The position numbers and the translations under genes are program-made. A DNA stretch of 64,000 bases, taken from positions 1,542,777 to 1,606,776 of the forward strand of contig MU058337.1 in the NCBI GenBank assembly GCA_013265495.1, read 5' to 3'. The notes beneath the pieces are model-generated. The model was not told the origin of the DNA and made no database searches. It saw nothing but the letters and a program-made list of their open reading frames with translations. Positions 11,851 through 23,520 of the stretch are shown here, piece by piece; position 1 is the stretch's first letter, and every line of letters starts with the position of its first letter. This DNA is from Vicugna vicugna. Lineage: Eukaryota.

Positions 11851-14017
11851 CGGGCCACACACTTACAGAAGCCCCGTTTGCCCGTCAGGAGCCTTCCAGC
11901 CAGACCAGGCTGTCGGCCGAGGAAGACGAGGAGTTCTTGGAAGGGGGGGCCCGGAGAAGGGGCTGTCTGCAAATGCAGTTCAGTGCTGCTGCCTCTGAAA
12001 CAGAGTTGGGAGGGAAAACCCCAATTAGATAGCACAGCACTTTGGTTTCGCTAAGATTTTCAGACACACACAGTAGATTAGGGTGCATTTGAAGGAAGTC
12101 ACTCTTATCAAATAGCAATGCACAGGGGAAAACAGAGTTAGTCCCTCCACGCTGGGTGGAACACAGGGGCGTTGTTGGGAGAGGAGCAGGCTGGGAGGGA
12201 AGGGAGCGGGAGGCCGCTGGTGGCGGATTCGGGCAGCACTGTCGTGGTACCGGCAATAAGGTGGCAGCTCGGAAGCTGCAGGGAAGTCGGTCTGCTCTGG
12301 ATGATGTTTCCAGCAGACTCAGCTGCTATACTTACCACATTTTACTAAACACAGGGAAAGCATTTAGGAGAAGAGCAGAGAGCCAAATCTGACCTAGAAG
12401 TTTGAAAGCCAAAGGTCGAACAGGCTGTGATTCCATCATCACCGAGGTTATTAAGGAATTCTCATATACACAAGGTGGGTCAGACACCCCGGCCCCCGGG
12501 CCCCTTCCCCGCCCCCCTCCCCATTGAGCCTTACTGACACTTTGGTTTACGGCGGTGCTGTCCCGGCTGTGAGGGCCGAGGGGTAGGTACTGAGCGAGGC
12601 CAGGGCTCTGCATCCAGGCGAGGAGCACCTGGCAAACCTCTTAGAGTCCTGAGGACCGAAATAAATTATGATGTCGACGGGGAGAAGGAAGGTAGGATGT
12701 ATTTATAATAGGTATATAGAACACAAGGGATATAAAGTGAAAGATTTTTTACTAATATATATTTTAAGATTGCACACAGTCCACACCAGAAGATGTGAAA
12801 TTCATTTGTGGCAATTAAGTGGTCCCAACGCTCAGTGCTTAAAAAAAAAAAATTGGACAGCTACTTCTGGGAAAAACGTCACTCCAGAAATAACAATTAT
12901 GGGAGCAAATACAAAAATAACCAAGTCCTCTGAAGGCATCTCACGTAACTGTAGATTAGGAAATGCAAGCCCCAAATACCAGGAAATCGGTGTTCCTGCA
13001 TCATGTATTCGACAGTGACGTGTGCCGGCATTTCTTTTCTGTGCTGTGTTTTCCCCTTGCCTTATGGGCTGAAGTGTTCGCTAGAATCCACCGGGTCACA
13101 TCGAGGGGGTTTCAGCTGAAAGTTCAGCTCGAGCCCCTTCCTTCCTCCCTCCCCCGTCCCTCGCCCCCTCCCTTCTGGGAAACGAACCCAGTAAACAGGA
13201 AACCTACTTTTTATGTGCTATGCAAAACAGACATCTTTAACATAGTCCTGTTACTATGGTAACACTTTACTTTCTGAATTGGGAGAGAAAAAAAATGTAG
13301 CAACAGCATTTTAAGGTTCTCAAAACCTCCAGTGAATACCTGCAAAAATGAATTGTCGTGGAAATTATTCTTCTCTATTTCCTGAACCTGAAAATGATGT
13401 TGGTCTAAAGTGCGTGTGTGTATGTATGAGTGGGTGTGTGGTATACATGTGTACATATATGTATAATATATATCTACAATATATATTATATATATCTATA
13501 TCATATTTCTGTGGAAGGTTGCCATGGTGACCAGCCACAGTACATATGTAATTCTTTCCATCACCCTAACCTCTCCTGTACGTGCGTTCATACAAGATTT
13601 TCTTGTAAGCCATCAAAAATTACCTTTAGGATGGGGGAGAGAGGCAAGAAGGGGGAAAATGGGAAATAGTTTGATTTTAATGAAATCAAAGGTGTGTCTC
13701 ATCAGTTGGCTACATTTTGGTTATATGCTAAACTGTGAAAAATCAGATGAATTGACGAAGCGTTGCTGCAAGCAGTTGAAAAGTGTTCTGTGCGTCTGTA
13801 TTGTGTCTGGTGCAGGATATGACAATCTACCAACTGTCCCTTTCTTTGAAGTTGGTTCCGCTTTGGAAAGTTACTGTAAATGCCTTCCTTGTATTCTCAT
13901 CCCTAGTTGCCCGATTTTGGAATTTGCACCATAATGTTTAAAGTGAAGATGCTGTAAATAGGTTCAGATTTTACTGTATATGGATTTGGGGTGTTACAGT
14001 AGCCTTATTCACTTTTT

Positions 14018-14023
14018 AATAAA
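14018..14023 (+). terminator. Candidate proximal polyadenylation signal AATAAA
   Basis: acttttAATAAAaatacac with UGUA motifs upstream (13953, 13975). Downstream element is weak. Confidence 0.5.
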
Positions 14024-14468
14024 AATACACATGAAAACAAGACAGAAATGGCTTTTCTTACCCAGATTGTGTACATAGAGCAATGTTGGTTTTTTATAAA
14101 GTCTAAGCAAGATGTTTTGTATAAAATCTGAATTTTGCAATGTATTTAGCTACAGCTTGTTAAACGGCAGTGTCATTCCCCTTTGCACTGTATCGAGGAA
14201 AAAAAATGGTATAAAAGGTTGCCAAATTGCTGCATATTTGTGCCGTAATTATGTACCATGAATATTTATTTAAAATTTCGTTGTCCAATTTGTAAGTAAC
14301 ACAGTATTATGCTTGAGTTATAAATATTTTTCCTTTCCTTTGTTTTATTTTAATAGGCTGTCCTAGGTTTTTGATCTGCTTTAGTTCCACATTGCAGTTA
14401 GCCTCCAGAAAATGAAATCCGTGAGGTCACATTCCACGTCTGTTTCAAACTGAATTTGTTCTTAAAAA

Positions 14469-14474
14469 AATAAA
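14469..14474 (+). terminator. Distal (main) polyadenylation signal AATAAA
   Basis: cttaaaaaAATAAAatatttttttcctatgg followed by a long U/C-rich downstream tract. Confidence 0.8.
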
Positions 14475-17289
14475 ATATTTTTTTCCTATGGAAAAAGCGC
14501 CTTCAAAGTATTTGCCTTTCCTTTTTTCCTTTCCTTTTTCTTTCTTTTTTGTTTGTTATTTTAATTTGCCTGCTCCTGCTGTTTCTCTGTGATTACACTT
14601 ATCCAGAGCCTCTGCCCACGGGCATGTGTGTGCCCGTTTTTCAAATCAGACCATGCATGCACACAATGTGAATATTAGTCTTGCAAAGAGTGATGAGTCC
14701 ATTGGTTTGCTCACAAAACTACTGAACTCACATTTCACAAATCATATTGTATCATAAACTTTTATAAACTCATCATCCCGAACAGAAAATGTCTACAGTT
14801 AGACCAGCTCAGTCTGAAAGTGGTGACAGGAAGAAAAGGAGGGACTCCTGCTTTTATCTCCACCCTCAGTTCCAGGTTAATCGAATTTCCATTCAAGCAA
14901 ACCAGTTTGCTATTGACAGCTTCATTTTTCTTCACAAAATAATCCCAGAAGGAAGGAAAAAGTCATGTGTTCTTTGTAACAATTTGACATGGATGAAAGC
15001 GTGTGTTGTGGTGGTGGACAGAGGCAAGCCACAGGCCAGTGGGGAGTGCAGCCACACTCGCACTGCTGGCCTTCCTGGGGATAGTGACCCAGTGCTCCGA
15101 GTGTTTGCCCTGCTCTCCTGGACTCTGTGTCTTGAGACTGATCGTCAGATTCCCACCCTCATCATCCTTTGAGATCTGAGGGCAGAGCTGTGGTCAAGGC
15201 AGAAGCAGCGACTGGTTACCAAGAAGTGCTCAGATCTCTATCTGCATTAACTGTGGTTAATCCTTACCTTAAGGAGTGACGCATTTTAGGTTGGGAGGTT
15301 GAGAAAGGGCCCCTGAAGTAAGGAGCCAGATTCTCCAGCCCAGACTGATTTGCCCAAGATCACAGCCCCAGTCAGTCAAGAATCTATGTGTTTAAAAGCC
15401 CCTCGGGAGATTCTCATCAAAGGCTGGTTTTGGAAGCAGGTCTCTCTGCAGCATCCTCCTGGCAGACTTGAACTAAAGGAGTGTTTGTCAAATAAATGCT
15501 CTCCTTCCAAAAAACAAAACCAAAAACATTCTCCAGAGGCCCACAGTGTCATTTGGTGCCAGAATAGTAGTTTCATCTTCTCCATCACTTTGTTTCACTC
15601 TGCCTCTCGGTCCCTCCACTGCAAACTCAAGTTTGGGGCCATAATTCACAGCCACAGCACTGAGCTGCTTGCTCGACCCCACACACCGAGGATCATGAAT
15701 GATTAGTCTGAGTAAAACAATGATGAAACATTGCATTTTCAACTTTGACTTGGTGACCTCTGTTACAATTTAAATGATCAAATACACAGCATCATTTTTC
15801 CCTACCTTGTTTTTGAAACCACATTTTCCAAACTGAGTAAATCCAGCCTTAACTAAGAAAAATAAAATGTGCCCAGTGGTTATTCTTTTCAACCAGCAAG
15901 AAGGAATCGCACAGCACAGAAACCTCTCGCGAGCTTGTAGGTGCAGATGCTCCTTGCTCCACCTGAAAGGCAAACCCGTTGTTGTGACAACCCTGCGTTG
16001 CAAGGCTAAGTGCGGCCTGGCCAGCTGGCGACTCTTCGGAACGGCTCTCACTATTCAGTTTCCTCTAACGTAAACTGGTTGCCCATTCAAATACTGTGAT
16101 AAACGTTCACAATAGAAATAAGAAAAAAGATCAATAAAATACCACTTGCAGGACTCTGCAGCTGGCTGTCAGTCTCTGGACCCAACCCAGAGAAGCATCA
16201 GCAAAAGAAGAAAAGAAAAAATCCCAGAGGAGTAAAACTGACTTCCTAATGTACGCAGAAAAGGACACTCACCCTACTTCTTGGCTGGGTAGAAAACAGG
16301 GCTTCAGATGGGTCAAAAGGAGACGTAACTGTCACTAGTACAAAGGACCTGGCTTTCTTTTGTTTTTATTTTCAGTGACTTTGGGATTATGTTGCGGTAT
16401 TTACACCACAGGCATCCTTGAAGGCAAATCTGCTGCGTTGTGATAGGGGAGAGCAGTTCCTCCCCCTCATTTTTCCAGGTAGAGAATCATTTATCAATGA
16501 TCGGGGGGGAACAGTAAAGCTGTATTTTTTGTAGTAAAGTCCAGCACACCAGCTAGATGTAGAAATTTTTTTAGTGATCAAACTGTGCCCCAAAAGCTGA
16601 AGTAATACTCTTCTCAAGATTTTTAGACTGGAATCAATGAATTAATAGAATCTCTTAAAAATAAGTCTTCATAGAAGTCAACTGTATTTTAAAAACAACC
16701 AACCCCCTTGTAAAAATTCTCCACAGACAGCTGTACACAGCACGAAGGAAACCCTAATACCCACAGAGCGTGTGGCCGCCGTAGGGAGCTGGGAAGCGCG
16801 GTAATGAATGAGAGGGAGACCTGGCTCCCTGCTCTCCTTCTGAGCTATGGGCCCCATGGCCTTTCAGCATAGCCCTTTATGTTCTGTGCCCCGGCAGCCT
16901 CCCCTGCAAAGTGAGGGGTGGGCCTCGAACGCACTGGAGGTCACTTTCAACTTTCTGCAGGATCTGAAGCAAAGCCATCAGCCTTTTCAGCTGTACAAGT
17001 GTCTCCGAGCAGGCTTCTGCTTGTCCCGGCATCCCACGGGCAAAGCTCTGAAGACCCTAGAGCGGTTCACAGCCAAACCCCCTCCCTCACCCCCGGCCCA
17101 GCTCTGAGCTGCACTGGGCCACTCACCCCTCCCTGACCAGGAGGGCACACCCGGCTCAGAGCGCTGCTGTTCTCTGCCCCTTCCTCGCACTGAAACTCAC
17201 AGAGACCCAGTAACTAACAATTCACATGTCCTGATTGGACTGGGAGCCCTCTTTTGTGTTTTCAACCTTTTATCCATAATTTTTAAATA

Positions 17290-17699
17290 CAGGCACACAT
17301 ACCTCAAAGGTATTTCAGGTTTGGTTCCAGATTGCCAAAACAACGCAAATACTGCAGTAAAGTGAGCCATGTGAATTTGCTGACTTTCCAGTGCTATAAA
17401 AGTTACATTTACACTGCACTGCAGTCTAGGAAGTGTGCGACAGCATGATGTCGATAAACATGTACAGACCTTAACTTTTAAAACGACTTTATTGCTAAAA
17501 ATCAAAGATCACTGATCACAGGTCACCATAACAAATATAATAAAAAATTCAAAATATTAGGAGAATTTGCTGACACAAAGTGAACAGATGCTGCTGGAAA
17601 AATGGTTCTGACAGACTTGCTTGGAGCAGGGTTGCCACAAACCTTCTCAATCTGTAAAGAACACACTAAAGCAAAGTGCAGTAAAACGAGATACATCTG
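17290..17699 (-). mobile_element. Internally deleted Tigger1-derived DNA transposon
   Basis: TA|CAGGCACACATACCTC at the left end and GAGATACATCTG|TA at the right end are degenerate Tigger1 TIRs. Interior motifs gcagggttgccacaaacctt and tcaaagatcactgatcacag resemble Tigger1 subterminal sequence. Confidence 0.8.
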
Positions 17700-18919
17700 T
17701 AAATCTTTTTCCTTTATTTAAAACCATTGTCAGGTCACCGCAAGCAGGCCCCAGCTTCTATTTAAGCATTTCAGGAGGGTCCACTAGAGGCAAGGAGATG
17801 TGTTAGGTGTTGGTGATGTTCTTGTCCACCAGCTGATTGAGCCCAGCCTCACTCTGCCTTCCTGGCATTTGAGATTAATTTTCTTAGCAGTTAATTCTCT
17901 TCACGCTGGACCACATCCTTTTACTGACACCTCCCTCATTATTCATACCTCTCATGCTGTAGTCTGTGGCAATGAACTGTATGACTGGAAAACATCTTCT
18001 GGTTGATAAGAGAGCTATTATTTCCTAAGTGCCATTCATGCTTAATCAAGAGATTAGAGTTTTCGTGTGTGTTTTGTTTTTAAAGCCATGGTGACTATTT
18101 ATTCTAAAAAATCCAAGAACAGGAGAGGAGATAAAAGTCATCAAAGAAGACTGCTTAAATCGACTGAATCTGAGGCCAAATGCAAGATTCCTCTTGAGGT
18201 ATACCATTTTTGTGCAGTGGCTTCGTTAATGCAACATTAAAGGAAGACCAGAAAAGTAGTCAGGATGAACGTCTAGCTCTTGGAATCATCAAATTGGGGG
18301 AAAAACCAACATGACAACGCTACAGAAAAAGCTCCCAGCTGCTCCATCTTTTACTCTGGTCTGTGAGTTATTTGGTCCCTAACCTTAGTTTTTCATCATG
18401 TGGGTAATCTGCATATTACTCACGATGCTGAGAAAGATGTAAACACAGCTCCAAATTTCTTTGTTTTACATGTGCAATTTAGTGTATCTGGATTCCTTAA
18501 CATCCTTTTGATGAAGTGTCATTTGATTCCAAGAGAAAGCATCACCCACAGAATTGGGGACACCTGTCCGGAACTTCCGGCTCCTCGTACGACCTCAGGC
18601 AAACCTCACAGCCGCTCCTCCACCAAGGCCAGTCCTCTGAATGTGCGTTCTTAGGACTCAGACCTAAGGTTTAACTCAGTCACACGCATCTAACTGTGAA
18701 GCATAGCTTATAAAACACCACAAACCAAAACCAGTATCTCTGCAGTGTATCAGCAGTGAACACTTAGAGGTTAGTAGGCGGTAATGACAGAGGCAGAAGC
18801 AGCCATCCTTGGCTAGAGCCTTCTCAGTGCACTGGTCCAAGACACCAACAGGGGGCCCACCCCAGCAGACTCTCCAAGTCTAGACGCTTCCGTCCAGTGA
18901 ACACACACTTAGTTTGCCC

Positions 18920-19035
18920 ACTTAGCCATCATGCATCCACTTAGCACTTAATATATGCCTGGCAGTGTGCTGAGCACTGGAGGTGCCGGCGTGAAAGACA
19001 AGATTCCTTCTACTGAGGAGGTTACGATCCAGGCA
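18920..19035 (-). mobile_element. L2 3'-end fragment
   Basis: tatatgcctggcagtgtgctgagcactggagg...gaggaggttacgatccagg resembles the reverse complement of the L2 tail. Confidence 0.55.
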
Positions 19036-20544
19036 GCCATTCAAAACTTTCATGAATAAAAATTAAGTGTCTCAGACATGTGTAAAGAAACGAAATAATG
19101 ACAATAACCACTCTCTGTCTTAAACATCTTCCAGAATCTTTAAAAAAATATTTGTCCATTAGTAGCCTCTATCTTTTTTACGCTGTTGAATTTCTTCCCT
19201 TTTAAATCTTTCATTACGTATATGCCAACCGGCTGGTTCAGATGCTAAATTTAGTATAACTGTTCTTCAAAACATTAGGAGTTTGCCTGAAGTGCCTGTC
19301 TCTGGCCTTAAAGGGCGAATCAAAATGTTTCCAATTGGTTTTCAGCCCACATTACAATGTGTATGTGTACTTGAAAGACTGTTTCTTGGCTATAATTGGT
19401 AGTTTTCTTGTAGCTAGTTCTGAGGGAAGAATTGCAGCGAGCTTCATGTCTGCTAACAGTAGTTAGCACTGAGCTCAAAAACAGCAGGGAAAAAAACCAA
19501 GCCTGAGCATCTGGGACGTTTGCCAGAGTGACCTCTGAGTTCCGTGCCGCAGAAGCATTTCAGCCAAGCAGACACAGGGTTCCTCCTGCCCAGACCCCGG
19601 CTTCTGCCTTTTAACTGCTCTCCTTGTAAAGGAGAGAGAGAAGATAAGGGGCTCCTGTTAGCTCCCTTAAACATCTTAGAAAAAATAATGCCTGTGTTAA
19701 TTTCACTGTAATTTACACACAAGTATTCCTCCATACTGTTGGCCGAGCATCAGGAACAGACAGGAACACACCAGTTTCCAGGAGCAGTATTCACCACCCC
19801 AAAGGGGACCCTATAGTTCATTTTGTCAAACATTGAAAAATACAGGTGGATGGTCCCCTCTTTCAGCCCCAACGCCACCGCACCGTGGGGAGAGAGCTTG
19901 GCGACAGAGAATTGCCGAAATGCGGGAAACATCAGAGTTTGTGTGGAACGTGATCGGCAAGACTCCTAAACCTTTGTATGTGGCATCATTAAGGCCACAG
20001 GGAGAGGCAGCCTCCAACTAGAATGCCAGCAAACCTGCCTCCCCAAGAACGACCTGGAGGGACATACTTTCCCAGTGAGTCACCACCACCTCAGCCGCGG
20101 GAGAGAATGGATTACAGTCATAAGGCTTTTCATCCCCTGCGCGTTGTTTTAAAGAGTCCCATTTATGTTCACTTCAAGAACAGATTCCAGGTAAGTATTT
20201 GAAACATGGCAACAGAATATTTTAAACAGCATCCTCAGCCAAGCAGGTACCATGATGACGACAGGGATTAAGCAGTTCAAAGAGTCTGGTTATGCTTAAC
20301 AAGGTTGCCCAGCTTTCCACAGGCCTGGACAGAAATCCTTTAAGAACTTCTGCCACTGCAGGCCATTGTCACCACCGTTCCCTGTGATGTGTCTTGATTT
20401 CAGATTTTGATGCCTGGTTTCTGACGTTTAATATGGCTACCTCTGAACACCATCTTACATCAGTCCTAAGCGAGAAAGATGGGAGATCTGCAAACCTCTC
20501 TGTTCTCCGGTGCTATGATTTTTATCATTTTGTTTCATTTGATT

Positions 20545-20870
20545 TTCCTCAGCTTTTTACTCTGAGAATTTTCACGTATCTGGAAAAGTTGAAAGACCAG
20601 AACAACAAACTGCTATATATCTACCACGCAGATTCAACGATTAACGTCTCGCACGTGTGTGTTCTATGTGACCACACAACACACACACACAATTAACTGG
20701 CTGAAGCATTTGAAAGTAGTTGCAGACCCCATGACACTTCCTTCTAAAAACAATTCTGCATCTAAGAATAAAGATCCCCACTCATGCACCCAGAATACCA
20801 TTATCAATCTGAGAAAATTACAAATTTCAGAAATATGATCAACTAGTGTGTTAGATTTCTCCTTACATTT
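20545..20870 (-). mobile_element. Old L1M (L1ME-like) 3'UTR fragment
   Basis: gaaaagttgaaagaccagaacaacaaac...catttgaaagtagttgcagaccccatgacact motifs typical of antisense L1ME ends. Confidence 0.55.
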
Positions 20871-21639
20871 CTTATTTTAGGTAAAATTAGTACCGTGCTC
20901 CACCTGGTAAAAACAATGTTTCCTTTCCCATCCCTTCATCCCTCAAAGCAATCAGTGTAAACAGAATCTTGTCTGTCTGTTCAGAAAAATACTGTATGTA
21001 TATGCTTGCGTGGCTACATGTTTTAAAAAAAAAATGACGTCCCTAGGGAATCACACTATGCTCATTGTTCATGCTTTTTTGGAAATTATTCATCTTGGAG
21101 CTCTTCCCTCTTTGGTACGTTCAGATTCACCTTTTTTTTTTTAACCACCATGTAATAGACCACAGTTCATTTACATCATCACCCACCAGCAGAAACTGGT
21201 TTCTGAGCTCCTGTATATGACAGAACACGTGTATCTCCTGGCTAGTGGCGGGGAAGGTGGGGCTCACTGGGTCACTGATGTCCTCCCCTGTTTTTCTCAC
21301 CTTCACTTGCAAACAGGTTGAGGCCAATGGGCCACGGTGGGAATGTCGTGGGAAGAATAAGGGAGCAGGGATGGGGTCCCCATGCTCCCCTCCTCCCCTG
21401 GGGCAGCGATGAGGATGTCACAAGTTCCAGAAGGTGCAGCTCAAAGGCAGGGGTGGCTGTCAGCCTCGGTTCTCAGGGACGGTGTGGGGCAGAGCCTCCT
21501 GCCGCTCTGTCACTCACTGAGCTCTGTGAGTCAGGACTCACATCCGCCTGGTAAACCAGAGGATCTGGGGTTCTGCCTGTTTCCATGTTGTGTGCCTACC
21601 CACCCTAGTTTACACATGCTTACCGTCTCGAGGTGTTTT

Positions 21640-21760
21640 TCCAAGTATACCCTTAAGGTAAATTCCTAGTAGCGACATTGCGGTAAGAAAGGGAACACAC
21701 ATTTGAAATTCGGATAAACACTGCCAGACTGCCTTCCAGTTTCCTTCCTCTTTTCTTTTT
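21640..21760 (-). mobile_element. Old L1 fragment
   Basis: aaattcctagtagcgacattgcggtaagaaaggg...cactgccagactgccttccag resembles antisense late ORF2/3'UTR. Confidence 0.55.
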
Positions 21761-22136
21761 TTCCCACCTGATTTAAATATATAACTTCTGCTCCACTGCA
21801 TTGCCTCCCTTCTCCAGTTTGCTTACATTTTTATCCTGTGATGTGCTTCAAAACCTTCAAGAGGCAAATAGGATGAAAAACACAAATACCACCGGGAGCT
21901 TTTTGTTTGCGTGTGTCGCTGTATTTAAAGTACCATCTCTTTAAGTACTGATGGTGCAGACACTATATATTGCTTTGGTGCCCAGCTCTGGGAATTAGAA
22001 GTGTCACATATACATGTTCATTAATGTGCTCAGAACTAACATAGGACCCAGTTTGTGCCAGCGTGTCCAGAACCCGCGGTCTTCGGCTGGGATCATGATG
22101 CAGACAGTTTGCTTCTAGCAAGAAGATGCTTAGAGA

Positions 22137-22268
22137 GGGGAGGGTATAGCTCAGTGGTAGGGTGCATGCTTAGCATGCATGAGGTCCTGGGTTCAATCCC
22201 CAGTACCTCCGTTAAAAATAAACAAACAAACCTAATTACCTCCCCCTATACATTTTTTCTTTTGAAAA
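22137..22268 (+). mobile_element. tRNA-derived camelid SINE (Vic-1 type)
   Basis: GGGGAGGGTATAGCTCAGTGGTAG (A box) ... GGTTCAATCCC (B box), tail aaataaacaaacaaacctaattacc. Degenerate 17-bp TSD AAGAAGATGCTTAGAGA (22120-22136) / AAGAATATGCTTTGATA (22269-22285). Confidence 0.88.
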
Positions 22269-23013
22269 AAGAATATGCTTTGATAGAAGCCACTTAATCA
22301 CAGTCCGTTATCTTGCTAATGCAAACTGCATTAAGTATCCAGGATCAAATAAAAATTTCGTCCAGTGGGATTTCGGTAGTAATCCTCTCACGAATTTGAT
22401 CTATTTTTTACTTCTGTCTCTGTTTTGGCTTCACACATGACCTGAGATCTAGAACCAGTTAGATTACCAGATGTGTTAACAGTTCTATGGAAAGACCTTG
22501 AGATGTGGGCTTTATTTAGTTCACCCCGTGTTTACTGGGTGTCTCCCCCAAATGTTCCTCACTTGCCTAAAACTGTGCTGGAAGCTTTGAAAGAGAAACA
22601 GAAAGCTCCTAAGATAGAGGTGCTTTGAGAGTAGTGATTACAGCTCAGTGCCTTAACCTGAGTTTTCAAGAGGAATATATTTTTAGGAAATTATTTTTGT
22701 TCATTAAAAAAAATTGTGGGACAGTAAAGAATTGTTCTAAGAATTATGACTCTCCACTGACGTAGTTCTGTAAACTTTGATGTCCCATTTTAAAACAGAG
22801 CTTCCTGCACCCGAAGGCAGAGGTTCAGACTCAACAAGGACTGACGTGTGGCCCCCAAATCCTTTCCCAACAAGCGTGAACGACTGCTCACATGCAAACG
22901 TCTGGTCACACCTCGGTGTTTTGTCTCTCGTGGGGGGCGTTTCCTTTTCAAACAGGCCTCAATCTCTTCAATTAAAGGACATTAACTCTCTAACATAATT
23001 CCAGTTATCAGGC

Positions 23014-23272
23014 ATGGTTACCAAAGGGGAAAGGTAGGGGAGGGATAAATCAGGAGTCTGGAATTAGCCGACACACACTACTGTATATAAAACAGGTAAA
23101 CAACAAGGACCTGCTGGCGGGCACAGGCAACTATAGTCAGTATCTTGTAATAACCTTGTAATGCAGAAGAAGCTGAAAAAGAGTATCTATGTGTATGTAT
23201 AACTGAATCACTCTGCTGCACACCTGAAACTAACACAACACCGTAAATCAACTACACTTCAATAAAAAAAAA
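23014..23272 (+). mobile_element. 5'-truncated L1 3' end with A tail
   Basis: atggttaccaaaggggaaagg...agggataaatcaggag...gtaaatcaactacacttcaataaaaaaaaa. Confidence 0.85.
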
Positions 23273-23374
23273 GACAATAAGGTCACCTGAGCAGTTGGCA
23301 AAGCAAGAAATAGTCTCGCTTCCACATGGTTACACTTCTTAAATCTTGCCTTATACTGAGTACAGGTTTCTAAC

Positions 23375-23520
23375 TGGGTCCGTGCCTCAGTTTCCTCATC
23401 TGTAAAGTGGGGAACTAACAGTACCAGTGTCCTAGGGTCATTGTGATGGTAGATGGGTTAAAAAAAGGAAAGTGCTTAAAATAGCATTGTCTGCAGCAAG
23501 ACTGTTAGCTTCTATTGCTA
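23375..23520 (+). mobile_element. MIR SINE fragment
   Basis: MIR core gtgcctcagtttcctcatctgtaaagtgggg. Confidence 0.75.

Larger units (their letters stand above)
11284..14490 (+). other. EFNB2: EFNB2 3'UTR (~3.2 kb)
   Basis: Runs from the stop codon to AATAAA at 14469, followed by a U-rich downstream tract (14510-14570). The distal AU-rich part resembles the human EFNB2 mRNA end as I recall it. Exact cleavage site is inferred. Confidence 0.85.

Noticed and set aside
10662..12256. Many overlapping 80-160 aa ORFs on both strands around exon 5 and the proximal UTR
   Set aside because: Expected from stop-codon scarcity in very GC-rich DNA. Products are low-complexity Arg/Pro/Gly/Ala with no recognisable domain. 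Only the frame ending in YYKV is ephrin-B2.
12660..12665. AATAAA in mid 3'UTR
   Set aside because: No clear U/GU-rich downstream element, so not supported as a poly(A) site from sequence alone.
18845..18858. CTCF-like motifs (also ~17780, ~48016)
   Set aside because: Each has mismatches at informative positions and cannot be distinguished from chance without a PWM scan or ChIP data.
22137..22212. Apparent tRNA gene (also 33895-33972)
   Set aside because: Has the SINE tail and target-site duplications and occurs as dispersed diverged copies, so it is a tRNA-derived SINE rather than a functional tRNA.
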